The position numbers were made by a program, and so were the translations under genes. A DNA stretch of 64,000 bases, from NCBI GenBank assembly GCA_000165345.1, contig CM000432.1, positions 864,001 to 928,000 on the forward strand. Reading direction: 5' to 3'. A model generated the notes under the pieces. It had not been told where the DNA came from. It ran no database searches and saw only the letters and a program-made list of their open reading frames with translations. Positions 21,574-32,655 of this stretch are shown here, one piece after another. The first letter of the stretch is position 1; every line of letters begins with the position of its first letter.

Positions 21574-22553
21574 ATGAATTTGAAATGGGCCTGCTTTAAC
21601 AATGTTTCTATTCTGCATTTAAAAGCTAATTATTTAAACCTTGAGGGTGGTAGTGAATTTGAAGATACTGAATCACAAGAGCCATTGAGTTCTTCTGAAG
21701 AGTATTTGAGACTAAGTAAAATTCAATTAGATCATAGCGAGGAGGAGGAGGAGAAGGAGGAGGAGGAGGAGGAGGAGGAAAAGAAAACAGAAAGAATGAG
21801 CTGTAGATCAATTAATATACTTTTTGCTCATATGGAAGAAGCTAAAAGTGAGTTTTCGTATAGAGTTTATTGCTATGATAATTTAAAGTTGGGACAAAAT
21901 TGTGAAAACTTTCTTGATGAATTGGTTGCAATGTGTAAGCAAATAAAATATTTAAGATTCCCTCTTTGCGGAAGAATTATCAAATCTCATAAATATGTGA
22001 AACGAATGAAGAAAAAACTATTATAACTATTCCAAGGAATTGCATAGATTACATAATAAATTTCTGGCTATTTACTCTAAAATTTATTTTTACAAAATGT
22101 CTTGTAATATTTCAATATTAATTGAATCAAAAACCAAAGAGCAAGCCTTGAAATTCATAAGTGAAATTGAACAAGAATCACCTTTAAATGAACTACTCAA
22201 AAAGTTTTCTGTTTTTAGTTATGAACATTGTCGTCCTAGAATACTTTATAAGTATAAAGACAAACTACTATGTTATAGACCTCGGGTTCATTTTAAAAAA
22301 GGAACAAAGTTTTTTACTCAAGGTTACTCATACTATTAAAGGTATAATACGATATTTAATGAAGCTTATCCTTTGAAAGCTAAATCAAGCAATAACCTAG
22401 AGACTTCAGACTCTGGTCAATCTTTGCATGATTCAAGTTCTTCCTCAAAGTCTTCTAGAGGTAACATGAGCCCTACAATTAGTTATATTAACAAGATGAA
22501 AGACAAAGGAGCTCGAGCATCAAGTTTAGATAAAAAAGGAGATTGACGACAAA
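21574..22553 (+). pseudogene. Fragmented member of the secreted family (array member 4). Its homology is split over three reading frames: 21574..22026, 22040..22339 and about 22377..22553.
   Basis: Frame 1 (ATG 21574) has LEGGSEFEDTESQ (family SEF motif), a poly-Glu tract and VAMCKQIKYLRFPLCGRIIKSHKYVKRMKKKLL, then stops. The +1 frame (a TTG ORF with no ATG) continues with KLLCYRPRVHFKKGTKFF, matching 28706 KLLSFKPRVTFKKGTCF, then stops. A third frame encodes a Ser-rich tail (SDSGQSLHDSSSSSKSSRG...). No GT..AG pair restores the frame. Confidence 0.4.
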
Positions 22554-23380
22554 AAAAAGAAAAAAGTTATTGTTTTTTCGAATTCTTATTTTAATTTTAA
22601 AACTTTTATTTTGTTTACTTCATATAAAATAGTAGTAATGGTTAGTATTCAAGACAATGAATAACGGAAAGATTATACAAATTTTAATAATGGGTTAATA
22701 TTTTTCTTTAAAATTGTGTTATTTGGATGGTTATTTTTATTTTATTTAATAATAAAAGCTTGCTCACACACATCTATATATATGCATGCATGTATGTTTT
22801 TTTTTTGGATTGAAGATAATAATAAACCGGTATTTGTATGGAAACAATGTGGTGCATGCAAATCACTAAATAAATAAGAGTACGAGAGTGTAATTTGATA
22901 GAAAAATAAATTAGAAGAATGCTTATGAGCAAACAAAGATAAAAAACGTCTAGGAAATTAGACTGAACAAGTATTTGTTTTATAGCAATATTGAGTTGTC
23001 TAGGATTATAAAGTTTTAGAACTAATGTATAATTTAGAGAAGTAATGGATTATGTTTGATGAAACCTTACAATAAATAATAGAAAAAAATTAATTTAACT
23101 GAAATATATTTTAATAGTAATATATTATAAATAAATATTCGGAATATTGAGATAAATTTATGTTGGCACATGCGAATAAAATGTTTAATTAGTAAAAATT
23201 CTACATTAAATTCATAAAGTTCTCTGGAAATAATTGTATTGTCTTTTTATTTAGTAAAAGGAAAGAATTACTGTAGCTAATATTTTTGATGGTATTCATT
23301 TGTTGAATACTATTACTTCTTAACTACAAATGATGATGGCGATTATTCTTGATTGATTCTTTAAATTTGTCAAACCAATT

Positions 23381-23394
23381 GTGGCGCCAATTTG
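23381..23394. promoter_or_regulatory. GTGGCGCCAATTTG E2F-like GC-box, about 350 bp upstream of the family gene at 23736.
   Basis: GGCGCCAA core. Confidence 0.4.
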
Positions 23395-23735
23395 AAACTT
23401 TAATAACTAAAAAAAATTAAAAATTTATAGAATATCGGCAAAAATCATGGAGGGAAAAAATGATAAATTGACGGGAAAAAAAACTTTTTTTTTTTTTTTT
23501 AATTGAAAAAATATTATTTTTAATAAATTCTTAAAAGAGCATATATTATAAATTTGAGTATTTAGTGACTGAAATTTAACAATTAACATATTTTAGTTTT
23601 CCTTATAAATGATTTTCAAGAACATTTTCTACGAAGAATTTATAATGTAATTTTTAGACGAATAAATTAAGAATTGAGAATACTATTAATTTTTATTATT
23701 TTCAAAGAAATAACAAAAATAAAGTTTAAAACAAG

Positions 23736-25142
23736 ATGGGTGTTAATTGTTTATTGAAAGTAAATTTTAATAAATATTTTTTACTAGTAGTTACAATAAT
23801 AGTATATTTCAATAATTTGATGTTCAACAATGAAGAAAAATTAAATGCAAGCATTGCTTCATATAATTTTAATTTTCCTGAAATAGAAGACAATTCTCAA
23901 AATTATATATTTTTTCCACAAAGCTTTTTGAATTTGTCTCTAAAAAATAATATATCTAAAGGCAGTTCCGGTGATGAGGGTTTGGGTTCAAATTCACGTT
24001 CAAGAACAAGCTCCGCATCTAGATCCAGGTCGGTGAGCTCGACTGGATCAACAAGACCAACAGGATCAACAGGACCAGCAGGATCAACAGGACCAGCAGG
24101 ATCAACAGGGCCAGCAGGATCAACAAGGCAAACGAGATCAACAGGACGAACAAGTTCGACAGGATCAACGGGACAAACAGGCTCTACAGGATCAACAAGG
24201 CAAGCGAGATCAACAGGACGAACAGGTTCGACAGGAGCAACAAGGCAAACAAATCCAACAGGATCAACAAGTCAAACGAGATCAACGAGACGAACAGGTT
24301 CGACAGGACCAACAAGGCAAACAAATCCAACAGGATCAGCAGGATCAGCAGGATCAACAGGACCTGCAGGACCAGAAGAAAGAGAACGTAACACTACTCC
24401 TGAAAATTTCTCTGAAAGTTATGAAAATGAATTTAAAAGATTGCAGAAAATAGATGCTAGCTATACTGAAAAAGAGAAGGTTTTAGTTACATGCCAACAA
24501 CTTATTGATTGGAGCGAATTGTTATCATTACTTTTGGACATGTTTGTAATTAAAGCTAGCGATCTCGATAGCTCTACCGCACTTGAAGAATGTTTAGCAA
24601 AATTGCTTGAAATTGGAGAAATAAAAAATCTCAGTTTGTACCCAGGGAATAGAGGAAGTTCACTATTACTCAAAGCAATTAAAAAAGTTTCTAGTGCTTT
24701 AAGCTCTCGAAATTCTTTAGAAAAGAAACTGCAGGATCTCCTTGCAAGCACTGTTTCATTACAAGATATGCTTTCTAGTCTGATCCTTGATTGCACTGCG
24801 AGCGCTACTCAGGTTATTTTGCTTTCTCACTTGCAATATTCAAGATTGACAAGCACTTATAATGAACTTAACACTAGAATCGAAGATGTTACTTCACTTA
24901 ATTCACATTTAAAGACTGTTGATGCAAATTTTTGCGATGAAACATTCATATCTAATATAAAATATTTAATTGTCAATATGAAAAAGAAAGTAAGATTTAA
25001 AGATGAATCTTCATCAAGTTCAAAAACTAAAAAACAAACTTCAAAGAAGCATTCCAGTCAATCAGCTGTAAGGAAACATTATATGAAACATACGTTAAGT
25101 TCAAGTGCTAAAGTTAGAAAAAAATACAATGGAGACAATTAA
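23736..25142 (+). CDS. Secreted family protein with ([12 protein letters not shown])n repeats, array member 5 (468 aa).
   Basis: ATG ORF. It has a hydrophobic signal and an [11 protein letters not shown]-terminus shared with the gene at 25751. It carries about 20 degenerate hexapeptide repeats ([25 protein letters not shown]...), [12 protein letters not shown] (family motif) and [14 protein letters not shown] (a KPRVxFKKG-like block). Its C-terminal domain is paralogous to that of 25751. Confidence 0.75.
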   Translation: MGVNCLLKVNFNKYFLLVVTIIVYFNNLMFNNEEKLNASIASYNFNFPEIEDNSQNYIFFPQSFLNLSLKNNISKGSSGDEGLGSNSRSRTSSASRSRSVSSTGSTRPTGSTGPAGSTGPAGSTGPAGSTRQTRSTGRTSSTGSTGQTGSTGSTRQARSTGRTGSTGATRQTNPTGSTSQTRSTRRTGSTGPTRQTNPTGSAGSAGSTGPAGPEERERNTTPENFSESYENEFKRLQKIDASYTEKEKVLVTCQQLIDWSELLSLLLDMFVIKASDLDSSTALEECLAKLLEIGEIKNLSLYPGNRGSSLLLKAIKKVSSALSSRNSLEKKLQDLLASTVSLQDMLSSLILDCTASATQVILLSHLQYSRLTSTYNELNTRIEDVTSLNSHLKTVDANFCDETFISNIKYLIVNMKKKVRFKDESSSSSKTKKQTSKKHSSQSAVRKHYMKHTLSSSAKVRKKYNGDN

Positions 25143-25574
25143 TTATTGTTTTTCATGAAAAAAATATTCAGTACATAATAGCCCGCCCATTCGACGATTA
25201 CAGATTTGCATCTACTCTCATTACATGTAAATTTTTGCGTTTTTGCCAATGCATGCAGTTAATTTATTAGTAATTTGTGATTATTTTTTCTCAAAATTCT
25301 GAGAATTTTACTAATAAAAATGTGTTTAAAAAAAGGTATTTTATTTTTATTAAGGTAATAGAATAATTCTCTATAATATTTTATAGTTAATTTAATTATT
25401 ACTATTTGGTCATTCTTTTAAAAATATTTGTACTAATCTTATCAACAGTTTCAATTAGTTCAAATAATTTCTAAACAGATTATTCAAGTAGTGTGGTGTA
25501 ATTGTTTCTTCTTGAATGTTCTTAATAGTATTCATTTTGAAATAAAAAAAAGAATCCAACTTATTAAAATAATA

Positions 25575-25585
25575 TTTGGCGGGCC
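25575..25585. promoter_or_regulatory. TTTGGCGGGCC E2F-like site, about 170 bp upstream of the family gene at 25751. A G-box CCAATGCATGCAG lies at 25246-25260.
   Basis: Matches the TTTGGCGGG form of the E2F-like motif. Confidence 0.45.
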
Positions 25586-25750
25586 GTCATATTTAATATT
25601 ATGCAAATAGTCCATGTTTACATTGCCGCTAGATGTTACAGTATTTAAATTAGATATTCACTAAAAATGATTGTTTGAAAAATTAGACACGCTTTCATAA
25701 CTCATATTTTACAGATTAGAATAAAAATTAGCATTACTTATTTATTGAAA

Positions 25751-26611
25751 ATGAATTTCAATAAGTATTTTTTGTTGGTAGTTACAATAGTAGTATATAT
25801 TAATAATTTGAACTTTAATAATAATGGAAGATTATATACAAGTATTGCTCACAATGATTCTATCTTCGTTGGAATAGAAAGAAACTCTCGTAATTATTTT
25901 CTCTCTTCACAAAGTTTTTTGACTCTATCCCTTAAAAGCAATGCACCTAGTAAGAAATCAGGTAAAAAGTCTTCTAAAAATGATAGTAGTAATAGAGGAC
26001 AGGGACAGAATTCACAAACTTTTGAAGAGACCATGGATGATCTAGCTAAAAAACTTGAAAAGTTTAGTATTAGCAGTTCAAGCAGGAAAGTTATTGAAGT
26101 TACATGTCTTGATTTAATTTCTTTGTTGAATGTGCTTACTCAAGGGATTCAATTTTTACAAACATTGATTACTATGATTAGTGACTTTAGTTTACTTGAA
26201 AGTTGTTTACAAGCGTTAATTGCAAGGAGTGTTGGAAAGGGATCAACTTTGTCAAAGTTGCTTTCTTCGATTAGAAAGGTTTCTAAAGCACTTGAATCAC
26301 AGAAATCAATGTTTAAAAGTTTATTAAAACTGCTAAATGAATCTGAATCAAAACTAGGTAGTATTTCCAGTTTGATTCAACAATGCAAAATGACAGTTTC
26401 TCAGTCATTGTTGTTAGGTTATCCAAGGTTTGAAGGTTACTTTAGCTTACCTGAAAAAATTAATGGCTCTCAAAAAAAAGTTACTTCTTTTGATAGTTTC
26501 TTTAGTAAAATCGTTACTGAGTATTGCAACGATGGCTTCTTAGCTAGCATTGATGATGAAATTTTGAAGTTACAAAGTAAAGATATTGTAGAAGATATGG
26601 AAGTTAGTTAA
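25751..26611 (+). CDS. Secreted family protein, array member 6. The track ORF starts at TTG 25745; the ATG is at 25751.
   Basis: [20 protein letters not shown] (signal peptide) matches the N-terminus of the gene at 23736. Its C-terminal domain aligns with 23736: VIEVTCLDLISLLNVL against [18 protein letters not shown], and LSKLLSSIRKVSKALESQKSMFKSLL against [28 protein letters not shown]. Confidence 0.7.
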   Translation: MNFNKYFLLVVTIVVYINNLNFNNNGRLYTSIAHNDSIFVGIERNSRNYFLSSQSFLTLSLKSNAPSKKSGKKSSKNDSSNRGQGQNSQTFEETMDDLAKKLEKFSISSSSRKVIEVTCLDLISLLNVLTQGIQFLQTLITMISDFSLLESCLQALIARSVGKGSTLSKLLSSIRKVSKALESQKSMFKSLLKLLNESESKLGSISSLIQQCKMTVSQSLLLGYPRFEGYFSLPEKINGSQKKVTSFDSFFSKIVTEYCNDGFLASIDDEILKLQSKDIVEDMEVS

Positions 26612-26825
26612 TTAGTAACTGATTATTTCCATACAAATTTTCCATAAACTGTTATTTCATGCAGAATTAATAGAGAAATTTTTTATGGCTTAACCCATTT
26701 TAACTTTTGAAAATAAAAAGCAAATATCAAGATCAACTGAAATTGTCTCATTTTACAATTTCTATTTGTTATAATTATTCCGCATGATTTTTATTGCAAC
26801 ACATAAATACAAGAGGAAGTATTTA

Positions 26826-26897
26826 GCGAGCAGAAAATCCGCCTCTAGTAATCTCGGATTTGCGCGTGGGGTGATATTGTACACTGGGCTTTTTTTG
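26826..26897 (+). ncRNA. Candidate small Pol III-type RNA: a GC-rich 70-nt island ending in a T7 run inside a 2.1-kb gene-free interval.
   Basis: GCGAGCAGAAAATCCGCCTCTAGTAATCTCGGATTTGCGCGTGGGGTGATATTGTACACTGGGCTTTTTTT. It is far more GC-rich than its surroundings, has internal complementarity (CCGCCTC / GCGCGTGGGG) and an oligo-T terminator-like end. No known family was recognised. Confidence 0.2.
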
Positions 26898-27595
26898 ATT
26901 TGTGAACAAATGAGATTTGTTTCCAATTAATGATTATTAATTTTTATCGCCAATATATTTCATTTATTATAGCTAGTATATTGTTTGATCAAATATATAT
27001 AAAGATACAAACATATATAAAACAAAGGTTTTATGATCGAAATTATTATTAATAATATAATTCACTATTCTATGGAACAAGAATAGAGGCATACTAAAAT
27101 GTGATGGATAAATAAGTACGTTAGAGTTAAAAAGAAACAAATACTTTACTTTCTAAGTTGTTAGATATTGTTTTTATTGGCTGCATGATATATTAAGTTT
27201 GAAAGATATATTATTAGTTAATTGTTTTTTGCGTGTGTGTCTGTGTTGAGGGGGGAGGAGTAAGTGAGTGTCAATATAGTGATAGTTTTTTTAAATCACA
27301 CTTACTTGATCTTATAGTTATTCATTAAATATAAAAATTATTAGGTGAATTTAAGATTATTAGAATTATAAGTTAAACAGAAGAATATAATTATTTGATT
27401 AAATAAAACAAAAAAAAAGAAAACTATATATTATTTCTAGATTTATTAAATTGAATTTCCACACAATTCAAAATATAAAACTTACCATCAATTTAATGAA
27501 AAGTTTTATCAAAAGGTTAATTTATCTTTTTGTTTTTTCTCCTTTATTTTCATTAATTTTTTTATTTTTAGTAATTATACAAAAAATTCATATAA

Positions 27596-27606
27596 TTCGC
27601 GCCAAA
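27596..27606. promoter_or_regulatory. TTCGCGCCAAA E2F-like GC-box upstream of the family gene at 28706. A second site TTTTACCGCCCTAC lies at 28495-28508.
   Basis: GC islands in the AT-rich promoter region. Confidence 0.4.
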
Positions 27607-28241
27607 TCATGCATAAATGTCAAATGGTCGTAACTGACAAATTGCATGTTTACCGCTCAATTGAATTTAAATTAAAATTAAATAAGGATTTGAATAAAAA
27701 TTTTGTAGAAAATACAAAAGCGAGAATGATGCTGAATATAGAAGTAATAATATAATTATATAAAAGATATTTAGTATTTATGTAAGAAAAATAATAAAAT
27801 ATTATTGATAATTTTAGACAGTATGTTTTTCCTATTAAGAATACTAAAAAAAAAGGAAATCAATCAAGTTCTATAATAATTAAATTTGCTGTTTGGTTAT
27901 TTAAATTTGTAATTTTATTTTAAGAAGTTAATTATTAGATTTCTACATAGCATTATAAATATAGAAAGAAAATGAATAAGGTATTTTGGTATGGAGCGGC
28001 GGTAAAAAAAATAGCTAATATGAAATAATAAATTTAAGAGATGTTTTGTCCGAATAAAATTCTCTTTTATATATCTATCAGAATATATAAATCGTTGATT
28101 TATTCTTAAAAGTTCGTATTTCCATTAAAAAATGATTAAATTAATTTCTATTTATAGGCTATGAAAAGTTTTTAACCAATAAAAAAAAAAAAAGAAATTA
28201 CAAATATGGAATAATGACACGTATTAATATTATGCAAATAT

Positions 28242-28271
28242 ATTACATGCATTTTTATATATTGCATGTAA
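28242..28271. repeat. Perfect 10-bp inverted repeat ATTACATGCA...TGCATGTAAT with a 10-bp AT spacer.
   Basis: Read directly in the sequence. Both arms contain the CATGCA half of the G-box motif. Confidence 0.8.
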
Positions 28272-28705
28272 TATATTTGTTTATTTATTTATAATTTACA
28301 TACTAAAATAAAAAATGAGTATGCACTTAGTTACTGATAGCCACACATCAAAGTAAACATCTTGATTAACAAGAATTTGAAGGATTATTTACTTGGATAA
28401 TTTATTTAATATAAATGTATATAAATATAGAAATTATGGTTGATTTCAATCATTAAATAATTAAAAATGACTAAATCCAGTCAATTCATAGAAATTTTAC
28501 CGCCCTACAAATTTAGGCCATTAAGAAAAGAATATCGTCTATAATTCAAGAAATAACAATTATTCATGTCAGGTGGTTCTATATAATCATTTTTCAAGGC
28601 TGGTGGATTGTTTATGTGTTGGAATGATCCTATTGTTACTTTGATATTTACTTGGTTTTACAGTAACTCGTTTATTTTGTATTAAATATAGTAAATTAAT
28701 AAAAG

Positions 28706-31700
28706 ATGCAGCTAATAAATATCATAATAAAAATAATTGTGATATTTGTGATTAATATAGAGTATTTTCCGAGAGAAGATAAAAAATTAGGCTTGGTTAT
28801 AAACTCTTTATTACATTTAACTTTGAAAAATAATATTGGTTCAAATTCTATATCAATGACAAATAATTTGGTTACTAGTACATCTACAAATGATCAAAGT
28901 ATAACGAGCGAATTCCAAAGAATGAATTCGATTGACATTAATGATGAAACCAATAATATTGAATCTGTGACTGTAAGTATAAGTTGCAATTCATTAGAAA
29001 GTTTGATTCGTGAATTGGAACTACGAAGTCAAATTCTTTCAATACAGGGACCAGCACTATTACATTCTCTAATAAGCAATGAATGCTTGGCTCATTTAGA
29101 AGAAATGGCTTTAATATGTATGAATAAGAAACATAGTAAATATCTTGGCTGTAGTATTATTAGAAAAAGTCTATACAAGGTTAGGAAACAAATTAAAAAG
29201 AATAACAGATATTTATTAAAAATAGCAAGATTTGAAGAAGCATTTATTACAATAATTCCAACTCTTAAAGGATATTATAGGAGTTGTGGTAATAATGTGA
29301 ATATTCCAGAGACTAAATTAAATGAATTTAAAAGTTTTGCTTCAAGTTTTGGTTTTATTTCTTTTTTGGCAGATTTGAGAAATGAAAATGAAAGGATTTT
29401 TTCAGAAATATGCGATTTTTCAATATTGAATGAGATGAAAAGGAAATTATTATCTTTTAAGCCACGAGTTACTTTCAAAAAAGGAACATGTTTTAAACCA
29501 AGAGGGAGAGATATTAAAGCACTAAGTCTTTCTCAATATTTAGATAGAAATGATAGGCTTTATGATTCTGAGTTAAAAAGTGGTGATTTTGGAGCTAAAT
29601 TGGGACAGAAAGTGGCCACAGTGCCAGAATCACGCTTAAGTTCAACTAGGATTACTTACTTTGGTGGGAGATCTAAGACGGGTTCAGATTCAGACTCCGA
29701 TTCAGATTCAGATTCGGACACAAGCTCAGATTCAGATTCGGATTCAGATTCAGATTCAGATTCAGATTCAGATTCGGATTCTGACTCAGATTCGGACTCA
29801 AATTCGAATTCAGATCCAAATTCAGAATCAGGAGGATTAGGAGGAGGAACAGGAGGATTAGAAGGAACAGGAGGAGGAGGAGAAGCGGGAACAGGAGGGT
29901 TGGGAGGAGGAGGAGGAACAGGAGGATTGGGAGGAGGAGGAGGAGGAACAGGAGCAGGGGAAGCAGGAGCAGGGACTGCGATGGGAAGAGGAGCGGGAAG
30001 AGTAAGGAGAGTATTACACTCAGCATTTTTCTCTGGTAAAAGCTCTGTTTTTTGCTCCAGCATTAATTTAGAATCTAGGCCATTTTTAAAAGAGAGGCAA
30101 GAGACTAAAAATGTTAAGGAAGAGCGTTTAGCAAGCATTCCAGAATCTGAATCGGATACTGACTCGGATTCAGACTCTGAAAGTTTAGGAAGCTCAATTG
30201 AAAAGCCAAGCGTTGAGGGAAATTTAAGAAAAGAGAGTGGATTATCAGGTTCAGAAACGAATACAGGAGAAGAAAGCACTAAGGCACTAGAGCGAGTTTC
30301 ATGCACGGGAGGAACAGATTCTGATACAACTGGAGACTTTGATAGTAGGTCGAGCGGAACACTAGGTTTTGTAATAAAAGGTTCAGGTTTGGGAGGATCG
30401 AGTTCAATAGAAGCTGCATTAGGGAGTTCAGGTTTAGGTGTATTGAGCTCAAGAGGAAGAGGCTCAGGTAGAGGAGGCTCAGTCCGAGGAAGAGCGAGCT
30501 CAGGAGCAATTAGAACCAACGGAGGCTCAAGTGGAATAGGAGCAAGCTCTGGAGGAAATGGTATGGGAAGACTCACAGGTAGGGGAGGATTAGGTTCAGG
30601 AACAGCTGGAAGCTCAAGCAGAGGAAGGGGCTTAGCCAGGGGAGGGTTAAGTTCAGAAGTAGTTGGAGCAATTGGAGGTCCAGATAGAGGAGGCTCAACT
30701 AGAGGAAGAGGCTCAGGCAGGGGAGGGTTAAGTTCAGGAGCAGTTGGGATAATTGGAAGCTCAAACAGAGGAAGAGGCTCAGACCGGGGAGGCTCAGGGA
30801 GAGGAGGCTCAAGCAGAATAGGAGCAAGCTTTGGAGCAGTTGGAGCAATTGGAGGTCCAGATAGAGGAAGCTCAAGCAGAGGAGGAATGAGCACAAGAGG
30901 AAGAGGTACGGGAAGATTTCCAAGTAGAGGAGGATCAAGCTCCGCAACGGCTGGAAGCTCAAGCAGAGGGGGGGCGAGCTCAGGAACTGTTGGAACAATT
31001 GGAGGCTCAGTAAGAGGAGGGGGCTCAAGCAGAGGAGGTCTGAACTCAAGAACAAGAGGCACGGAAATAATTCCAGGAAGGGGAAGACTAAGTTCAGGAG
31101 TAGTTGGAACAATTGAAGGTTCGGGTAGAGGAGGCTACAGTAGAGGAGGGTTAGGTTCAGGAACAACTGGAAGCTCAAGCAGAGGAAGGGGCTTAGCCAG
31201 GGGAGGGTTAAGTTCAGAAGTAGTTGGAACAATTGGAGGCTCAGTTAGAGGAGGCTCAGTTAGAGGAGGCTCAACTAGAGGAAGAGGCTCAGGGAGGGGA
31301 GGCTCAGGGAGAGGAGCAGTTGGAACAATTGGAGGCTCAGGGAGGGGAGGCTCAAGCAGAATAGGAGCAGGCTCTGGAGCAGTTGGAGCAATTGGAGGTC
31401 CAGATAGAGGAGGCTCAAACAGAGGCGGAATGAGCACAAGAGGAGGTTCAGGCAGAGGAGGAAGTGGTATAGGAAGACTCACAGGTAGGGGAAGGTTAGG
31501 TTCAGGAACAACAAACCATTCAAATTGTTCTTTAGGTACAACTGAACAGAGTATTACTTCCGATCTTCTAAACTCAAGATCAAGGTCAAGTTCAAAATCA
31601 ATAACAAGATCAAGATCAAGGTCAAGAACAAGATCAAGAACAAGAACAAGAACAAGATCAAGATCAAGATCAAGATCAAGATCAAGGACAAAAACAGATC

Positions 31701-31846
31701 CAGAATCTAATTCTAGATCTAGTCCAAAATCAGGAATAAGCTCAAATACTTCGCCGGCAAAAGATATTTCTGGTCTTAATAGAAAATTACCTTCATATAT
31801 GAAATCAACAATTAGTTCCAGAAACAAATCAGTATCGAGAAATTAA
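28706..31846 (+). CDS. Secreted mucin-like / SR-repeat protein, array member 7 (1046 aa).
   Basis: ATG ORF. It has the signal peptide MQLINIIIKIIVIFVINIEYF. It carries SEFQRMNSIDINDE (family motif) and KLLSFKPRVTFKKGTCFKPRGRD. It has a (DS)n tract from a GAYTCR hexamer repeat and Gly/Pro-rich and GGSSRGG Gly/Arg/Ser repeats, including a near-identical internal duplication of about 0.5 kb. It ends in an RSRSRSRTRSRTRTR RS tract. Confidence 0.75.
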   Translation: MQLINIIIKIIVIFVINIEYFPREDKKLGLVINSLLHLTLKNNIGSNSISMTNNLVTSTSTNDQSITSEFQRMNSIDINDETNNIESVTVSISCNSLESLIRELELRSQILSIQGPALLHSLISNECLAHLEEMALICMNKKHSKYLGCSIIRKSLYKVRKQIKKNNRYLLKIARFEEAFITIIPTLKGYYRSCGNNVNIPETKLNEFKSFASSFGFISFLADLRNENERIFSEICDFSILNEMKRKLLSFKPRVTFKKGTCFKPRGRDIKALSLSQYLDRNDRLYDSELKSGDFGAKLGQKVATVPESRLSSTRITYFGGRSKTGSDSDSDSDSDSDTSSDSDSDSDSDSDSDSDSDSDSDSDSNSNSDPNSESGGLGGGTGGLEGTGGGGEAGTGGLGGGGGTGGLGGGGGGTGAGEAGAGTAMGRGAGRVRRVLHSAFFSGKSSVFCSSINLESRPFLKERQETKNVKEERLASIPESESDTDSDSDSESLGSSIEKPSVEGNLRKESGLSGSETNTGEESTKALERVSCTGGTDSDTTGDFDSRSSGTLGFVIKGSGLGGSSSIEAALGSSGLGVLSSRGRGSGRGGSVRGRASSGAIRTNGGSSGIGASSGGNGMGRLTGRGGLGSGTAGSSSRGRGLARGGLSSEVVGAIGGPDRGGSTRGRGSGRGGLSSGAVGIIGSSNRGRGSDRGGSGRGGSSRIGASFGAVGAIGGPDRGSSSRGGMSTRGRGTGRFPSRGGSSSATAGSSSRGGASSGTVGTIGGSVRGGGSSRGGLNSRTRGTEIIPGRGRLSSGVVGTIEGSGRGGYSRGGLGSGTTGSSSRGRGLARGGLSSEVVGTIGGSVRGGSVRGGSTRGRGSGRGGSGRGAVGTIGGSGRGGSSRIGAGSGAVGAIGGPDRGGSNRGGMSTRGGSGRGGSGIGRLTGRGRLGSGTTNHSNCSLGTTEQSITSDLLNSRSRSSSKSITRSRSRSRTRSRTRTRTRSRSRSRSRSRTKTDPESNSRSSPKSGISSNTSPAKDISGLNRKLPSYMKSTISSRNKSVSRN
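29684..29830 (+). repeat. (GAYTCR)n hexanucleotide repeat encoding a poly(Asp-Ser) tract.
   Basis: About 24 tandem hexamers are read directly in the sequence. Confidence 0.9.
30575..31500 (+). repeat. Internal tandem duplication of an approximately 0.45-0.55 kb unit inside CDS 28706..31846.
   Basis: Segments 30575-30700 and 31135-31260 are near-identical: GTTAGGTTCAGGAACARCTGGAAGCTCAAGCAGAGGAAGGGGCTTAGCCAGGGGAGGGTTAAGTTCAGAAGTAGTTGGA. Segments 30860-30920 and 31400-31460 are also near-identical (GGAATGAGCACAAGAGGA). The protein repeat is GSSSRGRGLARGGLSSEVVG[AT]IGG. Confidence 0.75.
31574..31690 (+). repeat. AGATCAAG / AACAAGATCAAG tandem repeat encoding an RS/RT-dipeptide tract.
   Basis: Read directly in the sequence. 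It is the same repeat type as at 14657-14753 in the gene at 12729. Confidence 0.85.
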
Positions 31847-32640
31847 TTAAGAAAATCTCCACACAAAGCTAACTTCTATTTGTAATTTGTATTTTCACGT
31901 TTTATTCAAGTACTTGTGCTTTTTAATTTAGGTTTTATAATTATTTAATTAAGAATTTATTAAGCAATAAAAAACTCATCTTTTCACTATCCTTTTCTTT
32001 CTCTTTCTCAATTTTTTTTTCTATAATTAAATATAAATCTTTACTTTCTCCCCCGCTTTGATTTTCAATTGCACTGTGCATCGTACCCGCCAAACACCGG
32101 TACTGAATATATTACATTTTCCACATGTAAAAAAAAAAACTTTTTTTTTCTACATAAAATGATTAACTAAGTAATTATTAAGAAGAATACCTTTTGTTTC
32201 TCTTTTTTTTCATACTCAATATTTTATTTGAGCTTGTTTGCAATTGAAAGTATTTAAAGGTACCACTGCTATTTCCCCACAAAAGTGTGAATATAAATAT
32301 TATTGAATAAGAACAAAAAATAAATTTTTGTTAATAAATATTATTATTATTCCTAGTATATATCAGGTTTCAAAACTTAGGTAGTAAAAATGAATATAAA
32401 TGAGTTCTATTATTGTGATTAGTTTGATATATTATGATAATCATTTGATAAAAGAAAAATTTGTTGAATAGTAATAAAAATCATATATTTGAGTCCAATT
32501 CATATAAAAAAAAAGAAAAGTTATTTAAACTAATTTGAAAGAAGTTATAAGAGTAGTAGAATTATTATTATTAATAATTGTTTCTTCTTTATTTCAAATT
32601 CATTTCTGACATGACTAATATTTGAGATAAATTGTCTCGA

Positions 32641-32655
32641 TTTTACCGCCCAAAG
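32641..32655. promoter_or_regulatory. TTTTACCGCCCAAAG GC-box variant. A related TACCCGCCAAAC lies at 32084-32095.
   Basis: Lies in the intergenic region between the genes at 31846 and 33323. Confidence 0.3.

Noticed and set aside
29684-29830. Regular 6-nt repeat that superficially looks like a short-period array; considered as CRISPR or satellite.
   Set aside because: The host is eukaryotic and the repeat is an in-frame coding microsatellite (poly-Asp-Ser) inside a long ORF. There is no spacer structure.
29656-31827. Antisense ORFs 29656..31062 (468 aa), 31135..31827 (230 aa), 30699..31232 and 29673..30026 opposite the gene at 28706.
   Set aside because: Same reason: they are Pro/Leu-rich translations of the complementary strand of the Gly/Ser/Arg and Asp-Ser repeats, with no independent start context or motifs.
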